Positions 39,103 through 51,726 of a stretch of 64,000 nucleotides of DNA are shown here, one piece after another. Under the pieces are notes generated by a model. The model worked only from the letters and a program-made list of their open reading frames with translations. It was not told the DNA's origin and did not search any database. The position numbers and the translations under genes are program-made. The DNA comes from Macrostomum lignano (lineage: Eukaryota). Within the stretch, counting starts at the first letter, position 1, and each line of letters starts with the position of its first letter. The stretch covers positions 62,001 through 126,000 of the forward strand of contig NIVC01002492.1 of NCBI GenBank assembly GCA_002269645.1, given 5' to 3'.

Positions 39103-39471
39103 GGGGGGGGGCGTAGCCCAGCGGTCTAGCGCAGGCTCTGGTGTGCCAGCGGCCCAGGCTCGATTCCAAGTGCAGTCACATTAATTTGGGGCTGAATTGG
39201 AATCTCGGCTTGGCTCTGCGCGTGCAATTAACGGCCTTGAGAGCCAACCCCCCAAGGCGCAGTGAAGTGTACATTCCTAACGATAAAATAAAGTTAGGGC
39301 CGCTGTACACTCCTGTGTGAGTGTGTGCCTGCGTACGTATCCGCGCGCTTGTGTGCCTGCTCAGGGGAGTCGGCGGAATGGGCAGTAATGCCTCTAGCCG
39401 GTTGTGTGCCTATGTCGCTTAAAGTGCGCCAGGGTGCACACAACCCCCTGCCTCTAATAAAAAAAAATAAA
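39103..39471 (+). mobile_element. tRNA-derived SINE
   Basis: A-box-like tagcccagcggtctagcgc, B-box-like ggctcgattcc, a GC-rich body and an A-rich tail (aataaaaaaaaataaa). Confidence 0.7.
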
Positions 39472-39627
39472 GAATCAAACCTTTAATAAATACGCTGGTA
39501 TTTCCTATCAGCAGAATTCAGCATCACCTGTGTGTACTATTTTATTATCTGAATTAAATGAGCAACTTGAGTCGTACAATCGCTCAACAACCTAACCCCC
39601 TCCCCACAACAATTCAGCCATTCTCAT

Positions 39628-40103
39628 GAGCCTTGACATCTCAGAAATTCCCCCAGTAAGCATCGACATCGCAGCAATTAAACTCGAGCCTTGACATCTA
39701 CACAATTCTCCCAGCCCAATAAGCCTTGACATCTCAGCAATTCCCCGAGTAAGCTTTGAAATCTCAGCAATTCCTCCAGTAAGCCTTGAAATCTCAGCAA
39801 TTCCCCCACTAAGCCTTGAAATCTCAGCAATTCCCCCACTAAGCTTTGAAATCTCAGCAATTCCTCCAGTAAGCCTTGAAATCTCAGAAATTCCCCTAGT
39901 AAGCCTTGACATCTCAGCATTTTCCCCAGTAAGCCTTGACATCTCAGCAATTACCCCAGTAAGCCTTGACATCTGAGCAATTCCCATGAGCCTTGAAATC
40001 TCAGAAATTATCCCAAAAAAAGCCATGAAATCTCAGAAATTATCCCAAAAAGCCATGAAATCTCAGCAAATCAACCAATAAGCCTTGACATCTCAGCAAT
40101 TCC
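39628..40103 (+). repeat. 30-bp minisatellite (aagccttgaaatctcagcaattcctccagt)n, about 16 copies
   Basis: Tandem array. It produces the 10-aa repeat ORFs 39592..40026 and 39678..39950. Confidence 0.93.
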
Positions 40104-40896
40104 TGAGATGTCTCCACAACAACCCGAAATTATCCCTTCCAATCCCAAAAAAATCAGACTTCAGTCATTTGCTTAGTAAATTTGAATAATTTTGTATGGC
40201 ACAAATGTGCCATAAGTGTGCCTTGCAAATTCAACAAAAATATTCTATTAGTTGAGCCTGTAGCTATAAATTAATAAATTTAATTTAATTTTAATCATCC
40301 GCCAAGGAGGCAGACTCAAACCTTGGACCTTATGCCTAGCCTAAACCTAGTCCTAGTGCCTACACTGCAGCTATTCTGCCTACTGATTGGAAGGCGTAAA
40401 AATCAGCCATATATGCTTTGACACTGCAGTCAAATATATAGCAGTGATGATAGGCTGCTCAGTGTGCACAGGTTGTGTGTAGGTAGAGCCTATGCACAAT
40501 TGAGTGAAATCTATAAAAAGCAATTGTCTATGCAGTCAACCAGAGCAAAATGTACACACGCCACCACTAAGCATTATTTTCCTCTCCCTTGCTGCATCCA
40601 GTACTGAGGCCTACTACACAATGAAAAGAGAAAAGTTGTGGCACAATCTTAATTGGAATTGCTATTCAGTTAGTCAAAATTTTGACCTTTTCTAGCCTCC
40701 CATTGAAAGCATTGGGAAAAATCATTTTTTTGAATATTTAACCATCTTCCCATTTGAATTTTTCAATATAATTAGATCCACACAATCTCACAAGAATTTG
40801 CAATTGAATAAAGCAAGTTAGAAAAAAATTGGTTCAGGCATTCAGGCTGTAGACTGAAATACTGGTCAAACCTTAAAGATTTAGTATATTGATTGA

Positions 40897-40901
40897 TGAT
40901 G

Positions 40902-40945
<44 letters not shown>
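40897..40945 (+). repeat. (GAT)n microsatellite
   Basis: About 14 consecutive gat units. Confidence 0.95.
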
Positions 40946-40947
<2 letters not shown>

Positions 40948-41189
40948 AGAAATTATCAATGGTTGGTTGTCAATCAATTTGTTTGCATTTGATAGTCAAT
41001 AATTGCTTTAGACCTTTAAATATTTGAATTGCTAGCTTTCAGATGCACTTCTATGACAGTGAGACATATTTAAGCATTTAAACTTTTTTATTAACAAGAT
41101 AAGCCATCAAGCAACTTGTACATGCCCAACACCCATCCAACTCATCCTAACCAGACAGGTGAAAGGGCTACCAGCTAAGGTAAGTTTCA

Positions 41190-41335
41190 AAATTGAAAAC
41201 ACAAAAAAATGAAAAATTGGAGGAAGAAAAAAAGAAGAGGAAGAAAGGGAAAAGAAAGAAGGAGAAAAGAGAAAGGGGAAAGAGGAGAGAGAGAGAGAGA
41301 GAGAAGAAAAGAGAGAAAGGCAAGAAAAGTAACAT
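41190..41335 (+). repeat. Polypurine (GA-rich) tract
   Basis: About 140 nt almost entirely A/G, including (ga)n. Confidence 0.9.
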
Positions 41336-43051
41336 ACAAAGTAAAAATTAGGTTGCAATCAAGGAAACCAAGTTGCAATCAGCAGGAACTAAGTCACAAA
41401 TCTCAACAGAACTAAGTTGCACCAGATGGGTGAAATTTTGAGGTTGGGCATATATATGAAGCAACTCAAATATGCCACAGGCCTATAGCCTATATAATGT
41501 TATAATTGGTCAAAAGCTATTGATAACTTTGTTCCTTAGATAAAAAGTGATAATTTTTTAAATAAAACATTTATAATACAAACTTTAGCCTACCTTAGGT
41601 TACTGCAAAAATAAAAATATTGTTATTTTACTATTATTTATATAGACCACAGATGAATTTTCTGTAGTCTGGGTACTAAATCATGCATAGGCAATCTTTA
41701 AAATCATACTAGTTGGTGACTCTATTGGTGACAACTAGATTCGCAAAAGTTTGGATACTAAATCATAAATTGGCAATCTCTAAAATTATACTAGTAGTTA
41801 GTTACACTCACACTAGTTGTTCACACTAGCCTAGTTGGTGACAACTTAAATTTGACTCTCAAAATGCAACTTACTTAAAGGTCAAATTGTTAAAACAAGA
41901 AAAAATTATCAAAAAGTAGTTTAATTATCCTTACCCTTGGTCTATTACAATGTAAGGCCTATACCAACAAGATTAGCTAAGTTAAGCTAGCAATTGAGCA
42001 TACTCATATATTATGCTTGGGTGCAACCTAGGGATTCACTTGGCTATTTCTGTTGGCAAAAAGCAATATAAGTCGCTATTGGACAGAATAGTAGTCATGT
42101 GACTGCTCTTAGCCAATAGCAACTTACATGTGTGTTGCCAATAGAAACAGCCAAGTGATTCTCAAGGTTGCATATGTATGACTCATATATAGAGATCAGA
42201 CATGATCACTCAATTTTATGAATTCATGACCATTTTTCACAACTGTGATTTCCTTGAAACCTATTCATGAGGTTGTGAATTTTTGCTTACTTTTTTATTT
42301 AAATTATAACTTTTCTATTTGATTTACTGAAATAAAAATGGAAACGCAAATGTGTAAAGCAGTAATATATATTATATTTGTTGAATTAACAGCATTATTG
42401 AGTATCTATTATCTAATATAAAAGGTTTCTTTTCTTATTTTGTTTTTTTCTACACTTGTAACTTATAAGCTCGTAATATATGTATGCATAGTAAGTAAGG
42501 AGAAATTCACATTCACTCACAATCATAATCATGTCCCACTTTGAAAATTTTACAAAATTTCATGCCCAACCAAAATTTTCTGCTTGTCCAACCTCAACTC
42601 ATATATACATTGGACTACCTAGACCTTGCCAAGCAAGATAAGGAGAATGGCAAACTGATTAAAAGGGCAATAGATCAAAAGGGAGAAAGTCAAAAGACAA
42701 TAGTCAAAAGGACAATAGCCAAAAGGGTGACAGTCATAACAATTATGGTATATTAAATGGAAAATATACCATGACAAGGCCAAAGAATGATACTCTAGCA
42801 ATTTTTTTCTTTACTTTTTTGTCCTGATCCCTAGATATCTAAAGATATAAAATAGCTAGTTTTTTGTGTGCAGTATATATATGCATCCTAAAATTGCACC
42901 TTGAATTTCTTGAAATTAAAAAAAAGTAAGTGCAGTTTAGGTGCAGTCTCATTACTTATTTTTTAAAGCTTCATTTGCATTGGCTTAACATAAAAATAAA
43001 AGAGAAGAGAAAAGAGAAATTACACTTTGAACCTTAAAATTGCACCTCAAA

Positions 43052-44129
43052 TTTAGGCATAAGGTGCAATTGTACACCTTGTTTTGTTGTGCACCTTGCA
43101 AAAAACCCTAGTAGAATAGTATATAAAATATTAGAAAATATTGTGGCAACAAAAATCTATAAAATAATACCCAAAACATTAAAATTGGTTATAAAATAAA
43201 AAGTTAAACATAGGCCTAAGACTAAAAAAACATGCTTTTGCCCAAAAATGGCACAGTTTTTAGTTTATTTGAGATGGGAAAAATACCATTTTGGAGACAA
43301 AAACTTTAGAACTCTTTTATAATTTATAGGCCTAACTTGATCAATTTTCAAGTTTGGTATCATTTCACTTATAACCTATAGTCCCAACCCAAGGATGTTC
43401 CATGTATGCCACAAAACTTTTTGACCTTGCACTGTTGCACACAGCATGCCAAGATTAGGGCCTATTTGAAAATCTCCTATGCACTGCATGCTGAGCCATA
43501 GTTTAGATCATGGCAGGCATATGCAGGAAAAAAACTTGTTTTTTTCAATTTTATACTAACATATTTATAATGTAACTGTTTTTGTTAAAAATGCATATTC
43601 TGTTTTAATTTTGTTTTTCTTGTGAATTTCATTCTTATTTTCTAATTCTAATTTTGTTTTTAGGCCTAATTATTTTTAAAAGAGCTTTAGTTTTGTTCAT
43701 TGATATTAAACTATACTATTTCTAGCCAAATCTAAACCTCTATTTTATTCCTGAATCCATTTTGCACACAGCTATATGCCAAAATTTTTTTGGTACATTG
43801 CTCACATGAAGTCTCATTGCACACAGTAATGCATGCAATGCAAGGGGGCAAAAACCCTCCTGCACAACACAAATTTGTGAAAAAATAGCATCTTTGAGAA
43901 ATGGGCTTATAACATCCAAGGCTATAGAATAACAATAAGTAAAACATCAACATGATATAGGCCTATAACCAATATATAACCAATTTTAATATTTTAGGTA
44001 GGCCCTATTATTTTGTAGATTTTTGTTGCCACAATATTTTCTATATTTTATATAGGCCTACTATTCTACTAGGGTTTTTTGCAAGGTGCACAGCAAGACA
44101 GGGTGCAAAATTGCACCTTATGCCTAATT
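43052..44129. mobile_element. MITE-like element, about 1.08 kb (arms about 43052-43169 and 44006-44129)
   Basis: gtgcaccttgcaaaaaaccctagtagaatagt and aaaatattgtggcaacaaaaatcta have reverse complements at about 44015-44090. Confidence 0.75.
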
Positions 44130-44392
44130 GGCTATCTTCTCGAATCGTTCGTTTAATTCCAACCCCCACCCCCCACCACCCTTGAATAGAGGGCGAAATA
44201 ATTCCGGAAATAATTAAACAAACGATTCGAGAAGATTGCCTGCATGGCTTGATATGATTAAAAATGTATTTTAAAAAAATTCTTACTGGACACCCAACAA
44301 TTTGGCACAATATGCTAGGTATAGAGCTACATAGACAAAAGTCTAATAGGCCTATATATGTGAACCACAGATACTAGAATAACTGTTCTAGT

Positions 44393-47300
44393 CCCAGTAA
44401 AAAAGGGTAGTCGGAATCCGATCGGAATGTCCGGTCGGAATTTGTCAGCAAAGTGGCTCGTGCAATCCGGTCGTTTTCTAGTCGGAGTTTTCCGATCGGA
44501 ATGTGACGCTAATATCCGACTAAATTACGATTAGGTTGTATTTTTCAGAATTTGCTTTTGCATCGGCTAGCTTGCGTAAAAAATAAACAAATCGGTTTTC
44601 AAAGTGCTTAGCAAAATAATACATTATTTAAAATATTATTCTGCTTGAAGAGTGAAGCACAATAATGATTGGCTATTTAATTTACTCAATGCATTGTATA
44701 TTATGCAATTATAAAGATTACAGTAAGCAATTTCTGCACAACACGTCAAGAGAGTAACTGTATTACACGTGGATGCAAGGAAACATCAAGAAAGAGCATA
44801 ATAATAATGCAATATATGCAGAAAATGAGTGCCGAAAACAAATAATAAAATACAGAAAACAAATGCAGAATAATACAATAATATGATTGATGAACAACAC
44901 ATGAATGCAAAAAGCTAGCTAGCTAGATAAATGTTGTGAACCAAACGGCTGCATTATCAGTCAGCGAACTTACAGCCAGAGTCAGCACATGGTTTGTCAT
45001 CACAGGTGGCGGCAGAGGCGCTTCATTGTCGCAATTGCTTCCCCCACTGACACTCCACAAATGTTGGTCTGGAGCTCTTGCACTTTCAGACGCCATCGCA
45101 GAAGCTCTAAATGGCCTTTGATGCAATCCAGAGAACTCGGAGGATAGGGTCCTGCATTGAGTAATTTAGAGAGTTAATGGCATGATCAGCAGACCAGTTG
45201 GGCACCTTCACTGTCATTAGAAAGATTTGGAAATAAAAAATAAGGAGAATAGTTGTCTTCAGGCAAGGCAAGAAAAAACTTAACATTTGCAATCTTTAAA
45301 ACTGGTATAAAAGCAATTGGATATACTATATATACTATAAGAATAAAAACACAAAGAACACATACCCTTGAAGATCTCGCCAAAGTATGCTTGTACATAT
45401 TCAAAGACAATTTGATCTTTGATCCTTGTTAGCTAGGCCTAGTCAGCTCTTCCAGGATCCTTTTCCCCAGTCTTGAACTGAACCTAGAGATCCCATCCAT
45501 TATGTAGCAAACAGACTGTGGCACCTTTGCACTAATGCACCACATCTAGACCAGCAGTGTCTGAAATAGAAGCAGAAGCCATTGATAAGATAATAATACA
45601 AGCTATAGCATGCTTAGTAAAGCTAGAACTAGGGGCCTAGTCTTAGTCTAACAGTGCTCTATGATAACTAAGAGAAATAATATAAACAATAAAAAATTAA
45701 TACTAGCATAATCAAAATGCACAATCATATTTACTATTATAAATAATGTATTCTAAGGATATAATGTCCTGAGTATTTTTTATCTTATTGACCTGTTGTC
45801 TATTTGAACTTTCATTTGACATTGAGATATATAGTACTTTATTTATCTAAATATACTAAATCTTAATATTTCTAAAGGCAAAATTAGAAGACCAAATTAT
45901 TCTAAGTCTTAGCTAGGGTCCGGATTGTGTAATAGTGTATGCTAGAACAAGAATCTTATCTTAGCTAAATGTATGCCAGTGTATGCCAAAAACAAAAAAA
46001 TCATTAAAATGTAAACTAAAAAAGCCTCCTAAAAAGGTCATTTGGTTTTCACAAGTTGAGTTTCCTAAGAAAGGTTTTTGTATGAAAAGTATTCTTTAAA
46101 ATATTATACATATTTTCATTTTAGACAAACTTGATTGTACCTATAAAAATAATGATGCAACATTTACATTTTAATAATAATTTTACTACTCTAAATCATT
46201 TTTAATTATAAAGAAGTAGAAAGTTTATTATTAATTTCTTGAGTATACAAATATTTCTTTATTTTACATAAAAACATTAATTTACATTGAAATTTTCATG
46301 CTCAACATAAATTTATTCACCAAAAGTTGTAGGCCAAAAATGGATGTGAATTTGTATACCAAAATTTGTATGCCAAAAAATGTATAAATTATACACCAAA
46401 ATTTGTATGCCAACTTTAAAATGAGTCAGTTGACATTTGCATATCCAAATTTTCTGACATACATGTAACATTCCAGGGTCTAGAGTCTTAGTTTAATTAG
46501 AGTTCTAGAGTTCTAAGCATAGAAATGTTTTATAAGCAAGTGTAAATAGCTATTGACATGTGGCCTATATTATTTACTTACTAGGCCTAGTCTATAAATA
46601 ATAAGTTAATAATTCTTCATTATAATACTAAAAAGAAAGTCTTATCTAAAAGCAAATTATAATATACAATTGTAAACTATAGACATTATTCAATTACTTT
46701 GCTTAAATGCCTTAGCCTAAACAAATGTCTATTGATTGTTAGGTATATTGAGTAAACCTAATAAGACACACTAAATGTCTAAAGTAAGTTTAACTAGGGC
46801 CTGGCCAAGGCCTTATATTTTTAGATTCAATGACTAAAAGCCTAAAACTAGGTAGTATTAATTTCATATATAAGAAAAACAAGGTATAAGTTGTAGTTGT
46901 AGTTAAATGAAAATACTGCTTTAAAGACAATCTTGAGAAAAATGTGTAGCAAAATAGGCTAGGCCTAGGCCCTAGTAAAGTAGGAATTGCAATAGGAGTA
47001 GGCCTAGGAGTATTGCAATTAGCAATAATTAATAAGATAGTGGTTAGGCATTAAGTAGGTTTTTAATAACAAGGTTTTTAATTTTAATTTAGTAATATTT
47101 TTGCCAGGGCCAGTGCTAGTGCCAGTGGAAAGACGCTATAAGCAAAAATATAACGAAAAGGTTATATAGAGAGGAAGGTAAAAAATAAATCGCTTTTTAA
47201 ATACTTTCGATATAAATTGGATGGCCAGCATTTTTTTGTGGCATCAAAACAAAAACTGAATTATTGTAGTAATTTTTTGTATCATAAAGGTATATTCTGC

Positions 47301-47613
47301 ACATTCTGGCAATACATAAAAGCAAGAAAACACGTTTAGTACAGCACATGCGTTATGAATATGGCTGTATCAGAAAGTAGGAAGAAAAATGAGTACAAAT
47401 TCCGATCGGAAGAAGAAGAGATGGTTTCCGACTATTTTCCGATTGCGCAAATATAGCTCGAAAAACATTTTCTTGTATTTTTTATGCTTATTATCATAGT
47501 AACGTGTTATATAAAACAAAATATTGTGGTTTAAACCTTTTCCGGCAAATTCCGACTGCCGATTAAATTCCGATCAGATTCCAATCGAATTCCGACTACC
47601 CTTTTTTACTGGG
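44393..47613. mobile_element. CMC/EnSpm-like non-autonomous DNA transposon, 3.2 kb, with CCCAG termini and a 2-bp TSD (GT)
   Basis: Perfect 25-bp TIR cccagtaaaaaagggtagtcggaat / attccgactacccttttttactggg, gt on both flanks, and subterminal repeats of a tcggaat/attccga motif. The superfamily is inferred from the termini and TSD length. Confidence 0.75.
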
Positions 47614-47793
47614 GTATCTAGTATCTAGTATTCTAGTATCTGTGATGTGAACTTGCAACTCTAAAAAATATTGTAACAGGAACAGGTAAACAAACAGCGA
47701 GCCTGCAAAGTAGGGTATTGACATATTATTAACTTAGAAATCAGTATTCAGAACTGATAGGCCTACAGTTGCATAGTGCGTCCAAGGCACTCT

Positions 47794-48598
47794 CCATTTA
47801 ATAAAGGAAGTGCTTATCCCCACGGTCTCGTGTCAATAATTCCAATTTTATCCACACGGATCCGTGTCAATAGGCCTTTTCATATCGCTTGTTCTGGTTC
47901 CAGAACCAGAACCAATTTGTGAAGTATAACTTTTTGTCTCCATAACTAGAGGGAGATACGTGCTATAAAGTTTTTATTATTGAATGACAATCGCCAAGAA
48001 GAAAGTACTGAAAAATTGTGCTAAGTGAGGTTGTTAAGGCAGTCAAACGATTAACAGAATTAAATAGTTTTACTACTGTTTTTCTTGGAAGATCCGATCC
48101 GATTCTGATTCTGGAACTGGTAATATGAAAAGCCCCAATAATTTTCAGCTTATCCCCACAGCTAAGATTGTGCAGTTGATTGTATTTATTTTTGTGTACT
48201 GACGTTAAATCGATATTGTCATTTGTTTTATTACTCATTATTAGTACATTTTGAATTTTGAATTTTGCAAGTCTCATTCGCCTCGATCTTGGGTCCGTTC
48301 GGTCGTTCTAAGCAACTTGCCGGCAGCAAAGCAGCTGCAGCTCAAATTTAAAATTAACCCTTTTAACGACGAAAACGGTTTAACAAAGTACTCGATACTA
48401 TTCATTATTCAGTAGTTTACTTGGAAGATTTTTAAGACAGTGAAAACAAATAGATGGTTTTGAACAGATTCATTTTAAAGTTCTTTATTCCAATAAGCTG
48501 CCGTTGGGATAAGCTGGAAATTATCGACACGGATCAGTGTGAATAAAATTAGAATTATCGGCACGGGACCGTGGGGATAAGCACTTCCATTATAAAGG
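47794..48598. mobile_element. MITE-like element, about 800 bp, with about 75-bp TIRs
   Basis: ggaagtgcttatccccacggtctcgtg...acacggatccgtgtc pairs with gacacggatcagtgt...cacgggaccgtggggataagcacttcc. Confidence 0.75.
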
Positions 48599-51383
48599 TT
48601 GACGCCTGACGGTCGTTTCGTCTGCTGCTAGTTTGTCTGCCACTCTTTCGTCTACAAAAATATAATACGATGCAAGTCATTTCGTCTGCCAACAAAATAT
48701 TAAATACGACTTCAGTATGCTGCAGCATGTACGTGTATATAATATTAAAAGGAAATATCATCATTAGATTGGGGTGGCGCCAGGGATCATAGCGATGCTC
48801 ACAGCCGGCCGATCGGCGATTATATTCAACTGCGAACTTTTCTGCCTTCGTTTCGCTATAATTTCGACATGTAGGTAGTAGACATGTAAGTTTGGCTCAG
48901 CAGGCAAAGAGCCTGTTTTGCCAATATGATTCGATGTATTTAAATTAAATTTTAATATTTGTTCAAAAGGTTGAATTTATTTTTATGAGATCGATGAAAA
49001 CGAGTTACGATATTTGAATAAGTAGGTATTTGAAAGAGCGTCTGGAAATTTACGGTTTTTTTCGAACGACTACGAGTATAACGACTAACAACAGAACGAC
49101 AAGATTTTAAGTAGGGAATAATAAAAAAGATACTGTACAGTATGACCTTGATGCAATTTAACGATTCTTCTAAAATGGGATTAAAAAATTAGGTAGTTAA
49201 ATATTATTCTGCCAATATAACAAATATCGAGTATACTTGGATTGCTTTTAGACGATTTTTTGAAAAGATAGTATTTTGAAAGCGCGTGATATTTGAAAGC
49301 ATGAAAAACGAGAATATACGTTTTACACACTTCAAACGAACTTTTAACGTCTAACGACGAACGAAGATTTAAATAGTAAATTAAAAAAGACGGAAAGAAT
49401 ATTACAAAAAAGTCTGAAAAGCGGATTTATTACACTGCTGATGTATCTGTTTCAGTTGTTTGCATAACTGTTTTAGCTATTCATGACTTCATATATTTTG
49501 GCTACACCAGTGATCTCTTTTCTGATTCTTTTTTCATTTGTAGCCTATATCCTATCTTGTGTATCTGTTGTCATCAAGAGGTATTGACAAGTATTTTTCC
49601 TGATCTCTTGAGTTTGTGGACATTCGGTCAAGTATAGTGTAGGATATATCGGAACCATTTCTCGCTCTACATAGTCTACATGCTTCTAGAGAATATATGT
49701 TGTGTGTGATCTCACATTTCAGTTTTGGAGGGTTATTTTTCATGACGCTTCTATGATTGTTTACATGACGCTTCTATAATTGTTTGCATGACGCTATGAT
49801 TTTTACATGACGCTTCTATGATTTTTTATGATGAGGACGCACTTTTTCCCAAATTCCACGCTAGCACATGGGCTCTAAACTTACTAGCCTACTAACAGTG
49901 GGCAAATGGGCATTTTTATCCTTTTTCTGCGAATTGTCATAGAATCTATACTAGATATAATGTTTGGTAATACTAGTAGTCATAATAGCATAGGCGCAGC
50001 TTTTTTGGGTCATAAATCATCGCTTTCGAAGCTGGTCTGACAGCCACCTGCGCCTCACTCAGTGTTGAGGCGGGCGCCAGATGGTCTGAGGGGATGCGAA
50101 TGATAGCTTTTTTCTCATCATTTTGACAGGCCATAAAGATTTATGAGGTCAGGGCCTATTGTTCGTGTTCACTCAAGCGTGTGACAGCTTTGACAGCTAT
50201 GCGTTTTACCCCTAAAAGTACATTGGGATTAGCAATTAGCGATTTCTCTTCATTATCTTCACTTTCTATTTAATAAGAGCTTTAATAGTATATCTTTTCA
50301 TTAATTTTTGTCAATTCTACGCGAAAAGTCATCAATCATTTTGTTGCGATTTTGATTGATTTATGGCCGCACCTGTCATCAGGTGTTTTTGGCCCGCTCG
50401 GACTACGAGCGTATACAACCTTTATCCATTCCGGGTGCTACCTGCAAAGCTTCTTGCAAACGGGTGCTACCCTTGGCTCCACCGGCCAGAAATTGACCGT
50501 CGTTTCTTGATCCCCGGATTGCGACTTCCCCCCATCATCATCAAGGACGAATCCCCCCGGTCATCAGCAGTGAACATCAAAGTGAAGAGCATCACCTGCT
50601 AGCTATCAGCGAAGATTTCGACATCAGCATCATCCCGGGCCTACAGCTGCGAAGCACTAAGCCGATTCGGTCACTGTGGATTACCATGGTCTCCCGCTGT
50701 TGAGTTTCTGATTGGTTGGGTGAGAGGCTGCCTAGACTTGCTTGATTGGGTGATTCCTTATCTGTCCCCTGTTTCAGTAGCTGGATTAGGCGCACACTTT
50801 TGCTCATTTTGTTCAGTAGTACTGTAATCGAGGCAGAAGTCATTCAATAATACTGCTATTAGTCTGAAACTCCAATTCAATCTGAAGTGTGAAGTGATCT
50901 AAGGAGCAGGTTAAATCTAACAGTTATTTTTATCGGTTTTATTTCTTTGTTCGCCGATGGCTCAGATGAATAGCTAAGCTAGTAGGCGCCGGTCACAGTG
51001 GACCAATGGCAAGGCAGTTCTCAGTCGATCAAACTATCAAATAAGTTAGCAAAACTGCCAGTAGTGCAGAATCGGCGCCAGAGATGTACTTTGTGCACTC
51101 TAAGTTCGCCAAGCGGCTCGGGTAATGAATCATGCGGTCTCTGAAGTTCGAGTTAGTCTATCATCAGCGCTATGAGAGGCTGGTTGGCGCGTTGAAGGCC
51201 AAAAGTACAATTCTTCGTATTTAGCAATGTAATAGTACATGTAGCTACCCCATAGTCTCGCCACTGCAAGAATCCCCTGCACAAGTCCCCTCTGTACCTG
51301 CATGGCCAATGTGATCTAGTCCCAGCAGTGTCCCTTATCATCGGCTGTGACCTCGAGATTGACAGCAAAAAGACACTAGTTGG

Positions 51384-51571
51384 TGTAGTGACTCAGACAA
51401 AATCGGAGGGTTTGCGAGTGCACGAAGAATCTTAGAAATGGGCCGACTTGCCCTGCAAGTATATTTATATATGTGAAGAGTAAGTGCGCGTGAGTCTTAC
51501 GAAATACATTGCAACACGTGACTAATAATATTTGCGCGCCAATATTGTACATCGCACTGAACTACACTACA
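51384..51571 (-). repeat. 3' LTR (188 bp)
   Basis: TG...CA ends, adjacent to the PPT. It contains tatataaata in the sense orientation about 100 nt from its start. Confidence 0.95.
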
Positions 51572-51726
51572 TCTCTCCTCAAATACGGCTTAAAAGCAAA
51601 ATTTTTAAGTTGGGTTTAAAAAATCTGTTTTTGTTAAATTTCATTCTGTTACAATTTTAGCAAAAGTCCAGCAAAAAATACAAAAAATCAGATGCTACCG
51701 CTTAACAAAAACCTTTTTCAAGCCTT

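Noticed and set aside
39592-40026. 144-aa ORF with GGIAEISRLT repeats (LRR-like appearance)
   Set aside because: It coincides exactly with a 30-bp minisatellite that is open in two frames, with no unique coding flanks.
50363-50843. Possible small gene on the minus strand (MTSASITVLLNKMSK...)
   Set aside because: No recognisable domain and no convincing multi-exon model.
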